From Candidatus Latescibacterota bacterium (lineage in GTDB: Bacteria; Latescibacterota; UBA2968; GCA-2709665): a stretch of DNA of 64,000 bases. How positions within the stretch are numbered: the stretch's first letter is position 1; every line of letters starts with the position of its first letter. Under the pieces are notes generated by a model, which did not search any database, was not told the origin of the DNA, and worked only from the letters and a program-made list of their open reading frames with translations. Below are positions 1 through 8,705 of this stretch, in pieces. A program made the position numbers and the translations under genes. The stretch lies in assembly GCA_965205485.1 (NCBI GenBank), contig OZ242180.1, positions 2,752,001 through 2,816,000 of the forward strand. The letters run 5' to 3'.

Positions 1-714
1 CCCGCCCAGGAAGGCCGCAATTACACTGATGACCACCAGGGGCGTGACGTCGCGCGTCCAGAACCGGGCGGCAGCGGCGGGAAGTATCATGATGCCCACC
101 GCCATCAGGGTCCCCAGCGCATGAAACCCGCCCACCAGATTGAGGACCGTCAGGACGAGAAAGCTGTAGTGGGCCACCGGACTCAAGGGACTGACCGAGC
201 GGAGAAAGCCCGGGTCGAAACACTCCATCACCAACGGCCTGTAGATGACGGCAAGCCCGAAAAGGGTGACCGTGGCGATTCCCGAGACCAGGAATATGGC
301 CGTATCGTCCAAGGCGAGGACCGTGCCGAACAGGATGTGCAACAGGTCGACATTGCTTCCGCGCGTCGAGACGATCACCACCCCGACGGCGAGGGAAATC
401 AGATAGAAGGCGGCCAGGCTGGAATCCTCACGGGCCACGGTGGTTCGGGCTGCCAGTCCGGATAGCATCGCCACAGTCACTCCCGCGATGACCCCGCCGA
501 GGGTCATCGCGCCGAGCGACAGCCCTGCCACGAGGTACCCGAGCGCGGCGCCGGGAAGAATCGCATGGGCCATGGCGTCCCCGGCCAGACTCATCCGCCG
601 CAGGGTCAGGAACACCCCGATGGGCGTCGCCCCCAGCGAAAGAGCAAGGCACCCGACCAGGGCCCGACGCATGAAGCCGAATTCAACGAAGGGGGCGATG
701 ACGGCATCGTACAT
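1..714 (-). CDS. Zn/Mn ABC transporter permease (ZnuB/ABC-3 family), runs off the left edge
   Basis: Absent from the ORF track; manual translation from ATG 714 gives MYDAVIAPFVEFGFMRRALVGCLALSLGATPIGVFLTLRRMSLAGDAMAHAILPG..., the typical ABC-3 permease motif; directly downstream of the ATPase. Confidence 0.9.
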   Translation of the reverse strand, partial: MYDAVIAPFVEFGFMRRALVGCLALSLGATPIGVFLTLRRMSLAGDAMAHAILPGAALGYLVAGLSLGAMTLGGVIAGVTVAMLSGLAARTTVAREDSSLAAFYLISLAVGVVIVSTRGSNVDLLHILFGTVLALDDTAIFLVSGIATVTLFGLAVIYRPLVMECFDPGFLRSVSPLSPVAHYSFLVLTVLNLVGGFHALGTLMAVGIMILPAAAARFWTRDVTPLVVISVIAAFLGG

Positions 715-751
715 CACGTGCCTCTTGCCGGAGGAGAGGAGGCGCCGGCGT

Positions 752-1501
752 TCATCTCCCGCATACGGCCGCCCCTTCGATAAAAGCCTCGGTAAGCCGG
801 CGCGCGCGATCGAGATTCGCTGGAGAAAGGACGTACTCCGTTGGCCCCGCGGCGATCTGCTCGCGGGCCAGCAGAAGGGTCTCGGGGAAATCCGTCCGAA
901 CCTGATCCAGGTCGTGCAGGACGGCGACGACCGTCCTCGCCTCCCCGTGCCAGCGATGAATGAGTCCCTTCAGATCACGTACTGTAGCGGAATCGATCGC
1001 CGTGAACGGCTCGTCGAGAAGAATCAGCCGCGCGTCCTGGAGGAGCAGGCGGGCGAACAGGGAACGTTGCATCTGCCCGCCGGAAAGGGTGCCGATGGAG
1101 CGCTTCTCGAAACCACCCAGACCCACGATATCCAGGACTTCGCCGACCTTCCGGTTACCCTCGCGTCCGAATCGACGGAAAGCCCCCGTCTTTCGCCACA
1201 ATCCCATGGCCACCATGTCGAAGACCGAGATCGGAAAGCTCCGATCGATATCGGACTGTTGAGGGAGGTACGCGATGTCCGAGGCTTTGATCCCCGTCAA
1301 CCTGATTTCGCCTTCAAGGGGCGCGAGGTTGCCGGAGGTTCCTTTAAGTAGAGTCGACTTTCCGGCGCCGTTCGGTCCAACCACGGCGACCAGGGCGCCC
1401 GCGCGGATGGCGTAATCGAGATGATGGACTGCGGGGTGGCGGTCGTATCCGAGGGTCAGGTTATCAAAATGCAGGATCGTTCCGTCCGTTGGCGCACTCA
1501 T
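752..1501 (-). CDS. Zn/Mn ABC transporter ATP-binding protein (ZnuC-like)
   Basis: Walker A GPNGAGKST, LSGGQ signature, LLDEP Walker B, VLHD; likely start MSAPTDG at 1501. Confidence 0.9.
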   Translation of the reverse strand: MSAPTDGTILHFDNLTLGYDRHPAVHHLDYAIRAGALVAVVGPNGAGKSTLLKGTSGNLAPLEGEIRLTGIKASDIAYLPQQSDIDRSFPISVFDMVAMGLWRKTGAFRRFGREGNRKVGEVLDIVGLGGFEKRSIGTLSGGQMQRSLFARLLLQDARLILLDEPFTAIDSATVRDLKGLIHRWHGEARTVVAVLHDLDQVRTDFPETLLLAREQIAAGPTEYVLSPANLDRARRLTEAFIEGAAVCGR

Positions 1502-1605
1502 AGCAGGGCCCATGCGACCGCGAACCACAACAGACCGGCGGCGCCGCCGGCAAGCGCGAGGCGCGCTCCGATACCGGCCCGAAGTGGAGAGAATTGTGGC
1601 TTCAT
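1498..1605 (-). CDS. small 35-aa single-TM protein overlapping the ABC ATPase start
   Basis: MKPQFSPLRAGIGARLALAGGAAGLLWFAVAWALL; its TGA overlaps the ATPase ATG (ATGA coupling). Confidence 0.55.
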   Translation of the reverse strand: MKPQFSPLRAGIGARLALAGGAAGLLWFAVAWALL

Positions 1606-1618
1606 CCGGATAATCCTG

Positions 1619-1782
1619 AGAAGCTGTTTTAAAATTACCGGTGAGTTCCCGAGCGCGAGCGAAAAAGTGGCGGTCAAGGCGGGAAAACCCGCCCATATTT
1701 GTCTATACGGGTGGGTTTGACCAACGCAGACCGGCGCTTTTGCAGCCGTGCGAAGACCGCTGGGAATTTTATGACAGCTTCT
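1619..1782. mobile_element. MITE-like dispersed repeat, family A, copy 1
   Basis: Imperfect terminal inverted repeats agaagctgttttaaaatt ... aattttatgacagcttct; near-identical inverted copy at 51332-51521. Confidence 0.8.
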
Positions 1783-1822
1783 AATGACAATTCGCGCGGA
1801 CAACGAGGCCAAGGCCCACCGC

Positions 1823-2848
1823 TTACATACCCATTGCTGGTTTAAGTGCAAACGACGCGTTCAGCAGCCACAGCGCGAAAAGGACCAGGAGGGCGCCGCC
1901 AAGCGCGCCTACGCCACCGGCCGCCAGCGTCCACAACGGCGACCTGTGAGCGACGACCTCACTCGCCCAGTCTCGCGCCCTCGTAGCAATAATGGCCAGG
2001 ACAACAACGGTGATCGCGGTACCTATGGACATGGCAAACACGGAAAGCGCCCCATGCCAGTGTAAATCCATCACGGCGGCGAGGACGAGCACCAACACTG
2101 CTCCGCTGCAAGGGCGCAGCCCAATGGCCAAAACCACGCCAGCCGCCGCATGCCGGCCGCCGGCAGTATCAATCTCTGCAGCGCTGGGCAGATGCCGGCA
2201 ACCGCCATCCGCCCCGTGTACATGATCGGCATGGTCGTGGCGGACTTCGCCGGTTTCTCGGCGCAATTGGCGAACGCTTTCTGACAGGGCACTTGCCGCG
2301 CGTACCAACAGGTAGAGTCCGACGATCGCAAGCAGCGTGAAACTGACTCGCGTAGCCCACAATGATGCCGTTTCCGTCTCCATAGGCAGCCAACCTGCCA
2401 AACCGATCGGGACGTAGACCAGCACCAGCGCCGTCACCCCCTGAAGGAGTCCGGCTGCGGCGCCCATGGCGACCCCGCGATTCAGCCGGCTTCGGTGGGT
2501 CAGCAGATAGGTCGTCAACACGACCTTCCCGTGCCCGGGCCCCGCGGCATGCAAGACACCGTAGAGAAAGCTCATCAGCACCAGAGCCCAGCCGACGTCA
2601 TCCTTGCCGCGCAGCGATCGCAATTCGGTTGTCAGTTGTACGAGAAAATCGCGTTGCTTATCCAGGACCCACGTCGCAGCCTGATCCCAGAGCGAAGATG
2701 CCTGCCCGGTGTCAGCGTGACTTTCACCGCTGGAGTACTCGGCCGCGATTGGCTCGCCGGGCAGCATCGTTGCCGCGTGGAGATCCGCGGAGAATGCGGC
2801 GGCACACAGCCATGCGAGAAAGACCGCGATGTCGTAACTCACTCGCAT
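1823..2848 (-). CDS. NicO/RcnA-like nickel/cobalt (metal) transporter
   Basis: SFLYGVLHAAGPGHGK motif, His-rich loop HDHADHVH, GLRPCSGA motif, multiple TM helices. Confidence 0.85.
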   Translation of the reverse strand: MRVSYDIAVFLAWLCAAAFSADLHAATMLPGEPIAAEYSSGESHADTGQASSLWDQAATWVLDKQRDFLVQLTTELRSLRGKDDVGWALVLMSFLYGVLHAAGPGHGKVVLTTYLLTHRSRLNRGVAMGAAAGLLQGVTALVLVYVPIGLAGWLPMETETASLWATRVSFTLLAIVGLYLLVRAASALSESVRQLRRETGEVRHDHADHVHGADGGCRHLPSAAEIDTAGGRHAAAGVVLAIGLRPCSGAVLVLVLAAVMDLHWHGALSVFAMSIGTAITVVVLAIIATRARDWASEVVAHRSPLWTLAAGGVGALGGALLVLFALWLLNASFALKPAMGM

Positions 2849-3043
2849 CGAATCGTCACCGTTTCAGAAGACAGAATGCCGAGGCCATTGCCACCGCTTT
2901 CATTGATGACGGGCGAGGCGGCATTTGGGCCGGGTTATGCCACGGGCCGATCGCCCGCGGCCTGGCGTGATGTAGAGGCTGTCGATACAGGCCAGGTTGC
3001 GGTTGGTTTCAGGACAAGCGGGTCGTCCTCTTCGATTGAATGA

Positions 3044-3063
3044 TGTTATGTTATAACATAACA
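3044..3063. promoter_or_regulatory. Zur-like operator (perfect 20-bp palindrome)
   Basis: TGTTATGTTATAACATAACA, containing the TGTTATAACA core of proteobacterial Zur boxes, upstream of metal uptake genes. Confidence 0.75.
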
Positions 3064-3090
3064 ATATAAACGAACGGGATACGTTGTCAA
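3063..3090 (-). promoter_or_regulatory. sigma70-type promoter for the metal uptake operon
   Basis: TTGACA (3090-3085), N16, TATATT (3068-3063), abutting the palindromic operator. Confidence 0.6.
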
Positions 3091-3149
3091 GCGCACGATT
3101 GAGAATTCAGCGAAAGAGATCGCTTTTGTATGCTCGTCAGTGTCGGCAA

Positions 3150-3343
3150 GTAGGGGCGGCCGGCCGGTCGCCCCTACACCAATTCTGACCGAATGCGCCA
3201 GATGGTTCCAAGGTTGCGCTTCCATGCCTACCGAATCTAAGGGGGAACGGGTTGAGTCCCGCGTCCCTCTTTCGTATATTCGTACCGGATCGGGTCGCCG
3301 AGATCCTCCTTGTTTGTGAAGGCGAACGGCCGGTCGCCCCTAC
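3150..3343. repeat. REP-like palindromes GTAGGGGCG...CGCCCCTAC (full copy 3150-3177, partial 3321-3343)
   Basis: Same motif recurs at 6160-6187 and, degenerate, at 26259-26283. Confidence 0.75.
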
Positions 3344-3392
3344 ATTGGACAGCAGCGCGAATTGACGGAGACATCGCCGGAAAAACCGCACG

Positions 3393-4850
3393 ATGAATGG
3401 CGCGAATCCACAGCCGAGGATCCTGCTGACCGGCGCCACGGGCTGCATTGGCGGCCGACTGCTTGAAGCGCTCGAGGCAGCGGGACGTCCGGTCCGCTGC
3501 ATGACCCGCCGTCCCGAAGCGCTCATCGCGAAGGTCGGGCCGCAGAGCAGCGTTGTCCGCGGCGACTGCTTCGATCCGGCGTCGCTTGCGGCCGCGTTTT
3601 TGGGCGTCGAAACCGCGTATTACCTGGTCCACTCGTTGGGCGGAAGCGCGGATTTCGAAGACCGGGACCGTGAGGCGGCTCGCAATTTCGGTGACGCGGC
3701 TCTCGACGCCGGCGTGCGGCGCATCGTCTACGTGGGCGGTCTCGGCGCCGCCGAGGGTCTATCAAAGCATCTGCGCAGCCGCCATGAGACGGGAGAGGTA
3801 TTGCGCGGGTCCGGCGTGCCCGTGATCGAGTTCCGTAGCGGCATTGTGCTGGGCGCCGGAAGCCTTTCGTTCGAACTCATCCGGACCCTGGTCGAACGCC
3901 TACCGGTGATGGTCTGTCCGTCGTGGGTGCGTACGCCCACGCAACCGATCGCGCTTGCAGACCTGATCGCGTATCTTGTTGCGGCGCTCGACCTTCCCCC
4001 TGGAGAGAGCCGACGGTTCGAGATTGGCGGCGCGGACGTGGTCTCCTACCGCGAGATCATGTGCGAGTACGCACGGCAGCGCGGTCTCCGACGCCTGCTG
4101 ATTCCCGTGCCTCTGCTGACGCCGCGTCTGTCCAGCCTCTGGCTGGGGCTGACAACGCCGGTCTATGCGCGGGTCGGTCGTGAACTGATCGACGGTCTTC
4201 GCACGGCGACCGTGGTTAACGATACAACCGCAAGGACTGTGTTTCCCGTCCGTCCTCTCGGGTTGCGCGAGGCCACCGCACGGGCCGTCGAGGACGAGGA
4301 CGCGGCTTTCGCCGACACGCCGTGGTCGGAGGCCGCGCTGGCGGCCGCAACAGTCCTGCGCTGGGGCGGCGTCCGTCTCCGCGGCCGGCTGATCTACTCG
4401 TCTGCGGTCGATCTGCCGGTCGATCCTTCGGCTGCGTTCGCCCCCATTGGGCGCATCGGCGGGGTCAAGGGTTGGTACTTCGGTGACTGGATGTGGCGCC
4501 TGCGCGGTCTGGTCGATATGGTACTGGGCGGCGTGGGAATGAACCGGGGCCGCAGGGACCCAGAAAATCTGGCCGCAGGCGACGTCCTGGACTGCTGGCG
4601 GGTGGATGTCTGCGAGCGGAACGTTCGTCTCAGGCTAGCGGCCGAGATGAAGCTGCCCGGTCGGGGCTGGCTCGAGTTTGACGTCACGCCTCGGGACGGA
4701 GGCGTGTCAAGGGTACGCCAGACCGCCGTCTTCGACCCATCGGGCCTTTGGGGGCGTTTCTACTGGCACGCACTGTATCCGATTCATGTCCTGTTGTTCG
4801 GCGGGCTTCTTCGGAGCATCGCACGACGAGCCGTCGCGACGGCGCACTGA
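3393..4850 (+). CDS. NAD(P)-binding SDR-type oxidoreductase with C-terminal DUF2867 (YbjT-like)
   Basis: LLTGATGCIGG Rossmann motif; C-terminal RLAAEMKLPGRGWLEF...GRFYWHALYPIH typical of DUF2867. Confidence 0.85.
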   Translation: MNGANPQPRILLTGATGCIGGRLLEALEAAGRPVRCMTRRPEALIAKVGPQSSVVRGDCFDPASLAAAFLGVETAYYLVHSLGGSADFEDRDREAARNFGDAALDAGVRRIVYVGGLGAAEGLSKHLRSRHETGEVLRGSGVPVIEFRSGIVLGAGSLSFELIRTLVERLPVMVCPSWVRTPTQPIALADLIAYLVAALDLPPGESRRFEIGGADVVSYREIMCEYARQRGLRRLLIPVPLLTPRLSSLWLGLTTPVYARVGRELIDGLRTATVVNDTTARTVFPVRPLGLREATARAVEDEDAAFADTPWSEAALAAATVLRWGGVRLRGRLIYSSAVDLPVDPSAAFAPIGRIGGVKGWYFGDWMWRLRGLVDMVLGGVGMNRGRRDPENLAAGDVLDCWRVDVCERNVRLRLAAEMKLPGRGWLEFDVTPRDGGVSRVRQTAVFDPSGLWGRFYWHALYPIHVLLFGGLLRSIARRAVATAH

Positions 4851-4866
4851 TGGACAGGAGGACGCC

Positions 4867-5508
4867 ATGCGCTTCAATGTCGAAGCCCAACTAAATGCGG
4901 CAACACGGTACGTGTCGTCTCCGGAGCGCGATGGAGAATCCGTTCACGCGGTCACCATTGATCGCAGCTACCCCACGACGGTGGAGGACTTATGGGATGC
5001 CGTCACGAACGGCCAGCGCATTACGCGCTGGTTTCTCCCGATCAGTGGCGAACTGGAACTGGACGGCCGTTATCAGCTGGAAGGTAACGCGGGCGGGGTG
5101 ATTACAGCATGTCGAAGACCATCTCATTTCGAGGTCACCTGGGAGTTCGGCAGGGACGTCAGCTGGGTGGAAGTGGATATCTCGGAAGACGGCAACGGGG
5201 ACCCGCGATTGAGTCTCACGCACACCGCTCGTCATTCGCCACACTGGGACGAGTATGGGCCGGGCGCGGCAGGTGTCGGCTGGGAAATGGGTCTCACGGG
5301 GCTGTCGATCCATATCGCGCAACCGGACGAACCGCTTCAGGACGAGACCGCCTTCGCCGCGTCCTCGGAAGGCAGGGCGTTTATATCGGGCAGCAGCGAG
5401 GGATGGGAGCAGGCAGCCGTGGCTGCCGGAACAGACCCCGTCTCGGCGCACGCTGCGGCATGTCGCACAGCCGCTTTCTATACCGGCGAATCGCCAGAGA
5501 CTGCCTGA
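4867..5508 (+). CDS. SRPBCC/AHSA1 domain protein
   Basis: VEDLWDAVT...RWFLPISGELELDGRYQLEGNAGG...GPGAAGVGWE; RBS aggag before ATG 4867. Confidence 0.8.
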   Translation: MRFNVEAQLNAATRYVSSPERDGESVHAVTIDRSYPTTVEDLWDAVTNGQRITRWFLPISGELELDGRYQLEGNAGGVITACRRPSHFEVTWEFGRDVSWVEVDISEDGNGDPRLSLTHTARHSPHWDEYGPGAAGVGWEMGLTGLSIHIAQPDEPLQDETAFAASSEGRAFISGSSEGWEQAAVAAGTDPVSAHAAACRTAAFYTGESPETA

Positions 5509-5526
5509 CACCGCGACTTGAGAACA

Positions 5527-5654
5527 GAGACGTAAGGCGGTTGACGGGAGAGATTACCTGCCTTGTGACGTCTCTCCTCGTGCCGGAGGCAAGCAGGAAC
5601 AAGACATCGTGCAAGGACTTCCTCTACCGTCTACCCTCTTCCGTCTCACCGCCT
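5527..5654. repeat. 128-bp structured intergenic repeat, copy 1
   Basis: Ungapped alignment to 12794-12921 at about three-quarters identity (hand count). Confidence 0.7.
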
Positions 5655-5724
5655 CTTGGCGACCCTTCAGTAAAGCTATCAGTGTTCAGTCGTCAGCCAA
5701 AACGAGAATCGAAAGGAGATCGTG

Positions 5725-5906
5725 TATGGATATCGAGCTTGTCTACTGCGCCATGTGAGGTTACGAAGACGAGGCCGTCAGTTTGACGCGCCATGTGCTG
5801 GAAGAATACAAGACGTATGGATATCGAGCTTGTCTACTGCGCCATGTGAGGTTACGAAGACGAGGCCGTCAGTTTGACGCGCCATGTGCTGGAAGAATAC
5901 AAGACG
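5725..5906 (+). repeat. exact 91-bp tandem duplication of the selenoprotein 5' end
   Basis: 5725-5815 equals 5816-5906. Confidence 0.95.
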
Positions 5907-6158
5907 GGTATCTCACGTTTCACGCTGGTTCCATCCGGACGCGGAAAATTCGAGATCACCGCCGACGGGAAGACGGTCTTCTCAAAACTGAAGGAAGGCC
6001 GGTTTCCTGAAAACGCGGAGATTGTGTCCCGCCTCGCCGCGGGAAAAGGAACCGGCGGACCCGGTTCGGATTCCTGCTGTTCAGATGACGAGCCTGGCAG
6101 CCGCAAAGGCGGGGGGTTCCGCTCCCTCTTCGCGAAGCTCTTTCATAAGGGCAGCTGA
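5817..6158 (+). CDS. Rdx (SelT/SelW/SelH) family selenoprotein, CxxU motif
   Basis: MDIELVYCAM-TGA(5847)-GYEDEAVSL... is in frame with ORF 5874..6158, which has the SelW-type GKFEITADGKTVFSKLKEGRFPE; hairpin downstream of the TGA. Confidence 0.85.
5864..5883 (+). promoter_or_regulatory. putative bacterial SECIS hairpin
   Basis: ggcCGTCA-gtt-TGACGcgcc starting about 15 nt after the in-frame UGA, G-U at the loop start; duplicate at 5773-5792. Confidence 0.7.
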
Positions 6159-6159
6159 A

Positions 6160-6187
6160 GTAGGGGCGACCGGCCGGTCGCCCCTAC
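6160..6187. repeat. REP-like palindrome
   Basis: gtaggggcgaccggccggtcgcccctac, perfect palindrome right after the selenoprotein stop. Confidence 0.8.
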
Positions 6188-6331
6188 GAATGCAATGGCC
6201 GCGTGAGGAGGTGTGCGCATCAATGCACGGGGTATTGTGTCCGCATTGAAAATTGGCTATAATTCCGTAATGAGGGTGGAGTAGGGGTGGCCCGGGTGGA
6301 CTGTTCGAATTTCAGATCCGGGGAGGCTGCA

Positions 6332-7003
6332 ATGGTGTATCGTATCTGCCTCACGCTGACGTGTGTTTTCGCACTTGCCGGGTGTTATACGCAGATTCGT
6401 CCGCCCGAATATGTAGCGGAAGACCGTGTCAGTTCCGCTCTGTCTGCGGAAACCGACACTGTTGTCGTGTACAGACAGTACGTTTACAATAGTTTCGATC
6501 CGTACGGGTGGGTGGTGGCGCCGTATTACGAACCGTATTTTCCACGCTATCCGTCGTGGGCGAGACGCGGATTCCGATGGAGACATTCCTACTGGACAGC
6601 GGCATACGGACCGTGGTGGAGGGGGTGGATGCGGCGGGTCCTCGCGCGAGGTCGATTGCCCGCCCCCACGTACAGGTATCGTCCGGTCGACGCGGATCCG
6701 ATCGACCTTCACGAACCGCGCCTGCGCATCAGATACACCGGATTGCGGGGCGGGGAGCACGCGCCCGCCGGTACGGTCCGGAAGGGTAAGGTAAAAAAGA
6801 CGACGCGGAGGCGGCGGGCGCCTGTGGCAAGCGCCATCCGGACCGACTCGAAAACGGAAAGATCGGGCGGCACGTCGAGAACCGCCTCGAAACCGCGCGA
6901 TTCTGGCGGCGGCCAGTCGTCCAAACCGAAAGAAGAAGAGAAGCAGCAGGAAAAGCGTGAGGAGAAGCGCGAGGGCCAGCGGCGCAGAGGGGGGATGCGA
7001 TGA
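6332..7003 (+). CDS. hypothetical lipoprotein with Tyr/Trp/Pro-rich middle and basic disordered tail
   Basis: Lipobox LAGC after a hydrophobic signal; RBS ggagg before ATG 6332; ATGA overlap with the next gene. Confidence 0.7.
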   Translation: MVYRICLTLTCVFALAGCYTQIRPPEYVAEDRVSSALSAETDTVVVYRQYVYNSFDPYGWVVAPYYEPYFPRYPSWARRGFRWRHSYWTAAYGPWWRGWMRRVLARGRLPAPTYRYRPVDADPIDLHEPRLRIRYTGLRGGEHAPAGTVRKGKVKKTTRRRRAPVASAIRTDSKTERSGGTSRTASKPRDSGGGQSSKPKEEEKQQEKREEKREGQRRRGGMR

Positions 7004-8283
7004 AGCCCCTCCGTCCGATCATCTCGATTCTGGCGATAGGCGCCTGGACGGTATCGCTCAACGCGCAGGAGGTTGCGCTCGACGGGTTTTCCGGAATCGG
7101 CGCGCGAGCGATGGGGATGGGGGGCGCGTACGTCACGGTATCGGATGATTTCTCCGGCCTTTTCTGGAACCCGGCAGGATTGGCGCGTGCCCGGCAGGGG
7201 TCCATCTCGTGGGGGATGTCCCACGACCGCTATCGGAACGAGTCGCATTTCTTCAGCCAGACGTCGGCGTTTGAATTAAACAGCACGCGCTTCGCAACGG
7301 GGGGTATCGTCTACCCCATTCCGGTCTATCGGGGAAGCCTGGTTGTTGCGGGAGGATTCGGGCGCGTCCGGCACTTCGACGGCGGATTGCGGATTGACGC
7401 GTACGATGAAGTCGCCGAATACGATAAGTCGGGCTTCTCAGAAGACAGGGGTACCTTCGGCGCCTGGACCATGGGCGCTGCTATCGACGTGGCGCCGCGC
7501 CTGTCCGCGGGAGTTTCGTTTTACAAGTGGCGTGGAACCAACCGGTTCATGCAGGAACTGACGCTTGACGACGTGCGGCAGGTCCACGCGGATACGGTTC
7601 GCATCTTCCAGCGGTTCGAGTCCGACGACAGCTTCTCAGCGCTGGGCGTTCAGGGCGGCATCCGCTACTGGCATCCGTCCGGTTTCCGGCTTGGCTTCAC
7701 GGTTTCCGCGGCAACACCTATTGAGGTTTCGGCTGATCTGGTGGATGAATTCGAAGATACGTTCGACGATCGGAAGGACATCTATCCTCGCGACAATTAC
7801 GCGGACAGATATGAGATACGGCAGCCGCTCTCGCTGGGATTCGGTCTTGGATGGTCTTCGAAGGGATTGACGTTGAGCGGCGACCTGCACTACGGGGATT
7901 TACAGGAAGCGACCTACAGCGTCCTGGCGCGGAACATTACGCCGTACGTCGACGATTTCCGCCGGCAATACCGAAGTGCGGTGCGGGTCCATCTGGGCGG
8001 TGAATACGCCGTTCCCGGCAGGGGTGTGGCCGTGAGGGCCGGATACTATCGCGACCCGGTTCGATACGTGGGAGGCGGATCCGTACCGGAGGTGCGGATC
8101 GAGACGGACCGTGACGCGTGGACGCTTGGGATCGGCGCTGAGCTGGACCGGTACTTTGCGCTGGACCTGGCCGCCGTGATTGGCGGGTACAAACAGACGG
8201 AAGGCAATCGCCAGGACAGGGTGCGTACCATTCGCGCGCTGGTTTCCATGCGCGTGAACTTCGACGCGGAGGCATATTGGTAG
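7000..8283 (+). CDS. outer-membrane beta-barrel, FadL/OmpP1-like
   Basis: Signal peptide then GARAMGMGGAY...DDFSGLFWNPAGLA; amphipathic beta strands; aromatic C-terminus. Confidence 0.8.
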   Translation: MKPLRPIISILAIGAWTVSLNAQEVALDGFSGIGARAMGMGGAYVTVSDDFSGLFWNPAGLARARQGSISWGMSHDRYRNESHFFSQTSAFELNSTRFATGGIVYPIPVYRGSLVVAGGFGRVRHFDGGLRIDAYDEVAEYDKSGFSEDRGTFGAWTMGAAIDVAPRLSAGVSFYKWRGTNRFMQELTLDDVRQVHADTVRIFQRFESDDSFSALGVQGGIRYWHPSGFRLGFTVSAATPIEVSADLVDEFEDTFDDRKDIYPRDNYADRYEIRQPLSLGFGLGWSSKGLTLSGDLHYGDLQEATYSVLARNITPYVDDFRRQYRSAVRVHLGGEYAVPGRGVAVRAGYYRDPVRYVGGGSVPEVRIETDRDAWTLGIGAELDRYFALDLAAVIGGYKQTEGNRQDRVRTIRALVSMRVNFDAEAYW

Positions 8284-8321
8284 CGCGGAATACTGAATCA
8301 GATTGGCGAGGTACAGCAATA

Positions 8322-8357
8322 GCCGCCGTTTGCGAGCAACCGGCGGCAGTTTTTTTT
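8322..8357 (+). terminator. Rho-independent terminator
   Basis: gccgccg...cggcggc hairpin followed by a T8 run. Confidence 0.7.
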
Positions 8358-8369
8358 CGCCCGCCTTGT

Positions 8370-8705
8370 TTAAGGTCGCCCATAAAGCACCCGTCCTTCC
8401 CTCAGGGCTCGCGCCACTACGTGGTTGAGAGAATCGCGCCAATATTCCACTCGTTCGCGACTATAAACCAGGATGTCTTTTGGAACGTTAAAATGGGACA
8501 ATGCGTTATAGAGCCTGATCCCTTCGTTGTACCTCAGTTCGCCGTTCTCGAAAGACTCTGACTTAATGACAAGCAGATCCACGTCGGAATCGCTCGTGGC
8601 GTTACCTCGAGCGTGGGAGCCGAACAGGATGACCTGTTCCGGATCGGCTTCGTCGACGATGGTCCTTACCATCTCTTCGAGCAGGGCGTCTGTAACCTGT
8701 GTCAA
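8370..8705 (-). CDS. minimal nucleotidyltransferase (MNT) domain protein
   Basis: VILFGSHARG..DSDVDLLV; TTG start overlaps the upstream TGA. Confidence 0.8.
   Translation of the reverse strand: MTQVTDALLEEMVRTIVDEADPEQVILFGSHARGNATSDSDVDLLVIKSESFENGELRYNEGIRLYNALSHFNVPKDILVYSRERVEYWRDSLNHVVARALREGRVLYGRP

Noticed and set aside
1502..1696. N-terminal extension of the ABC ATPase ORF (MGGFSRLDRHFF...), also seen in ORF 51390..51599
   Set aside because: The shared peptide is translated MITE sequence, not a protein domain.
5725..5906. CRISPR-like array
   Set aside because: Two abutting identical units with no spacer; no cas genes in the window.
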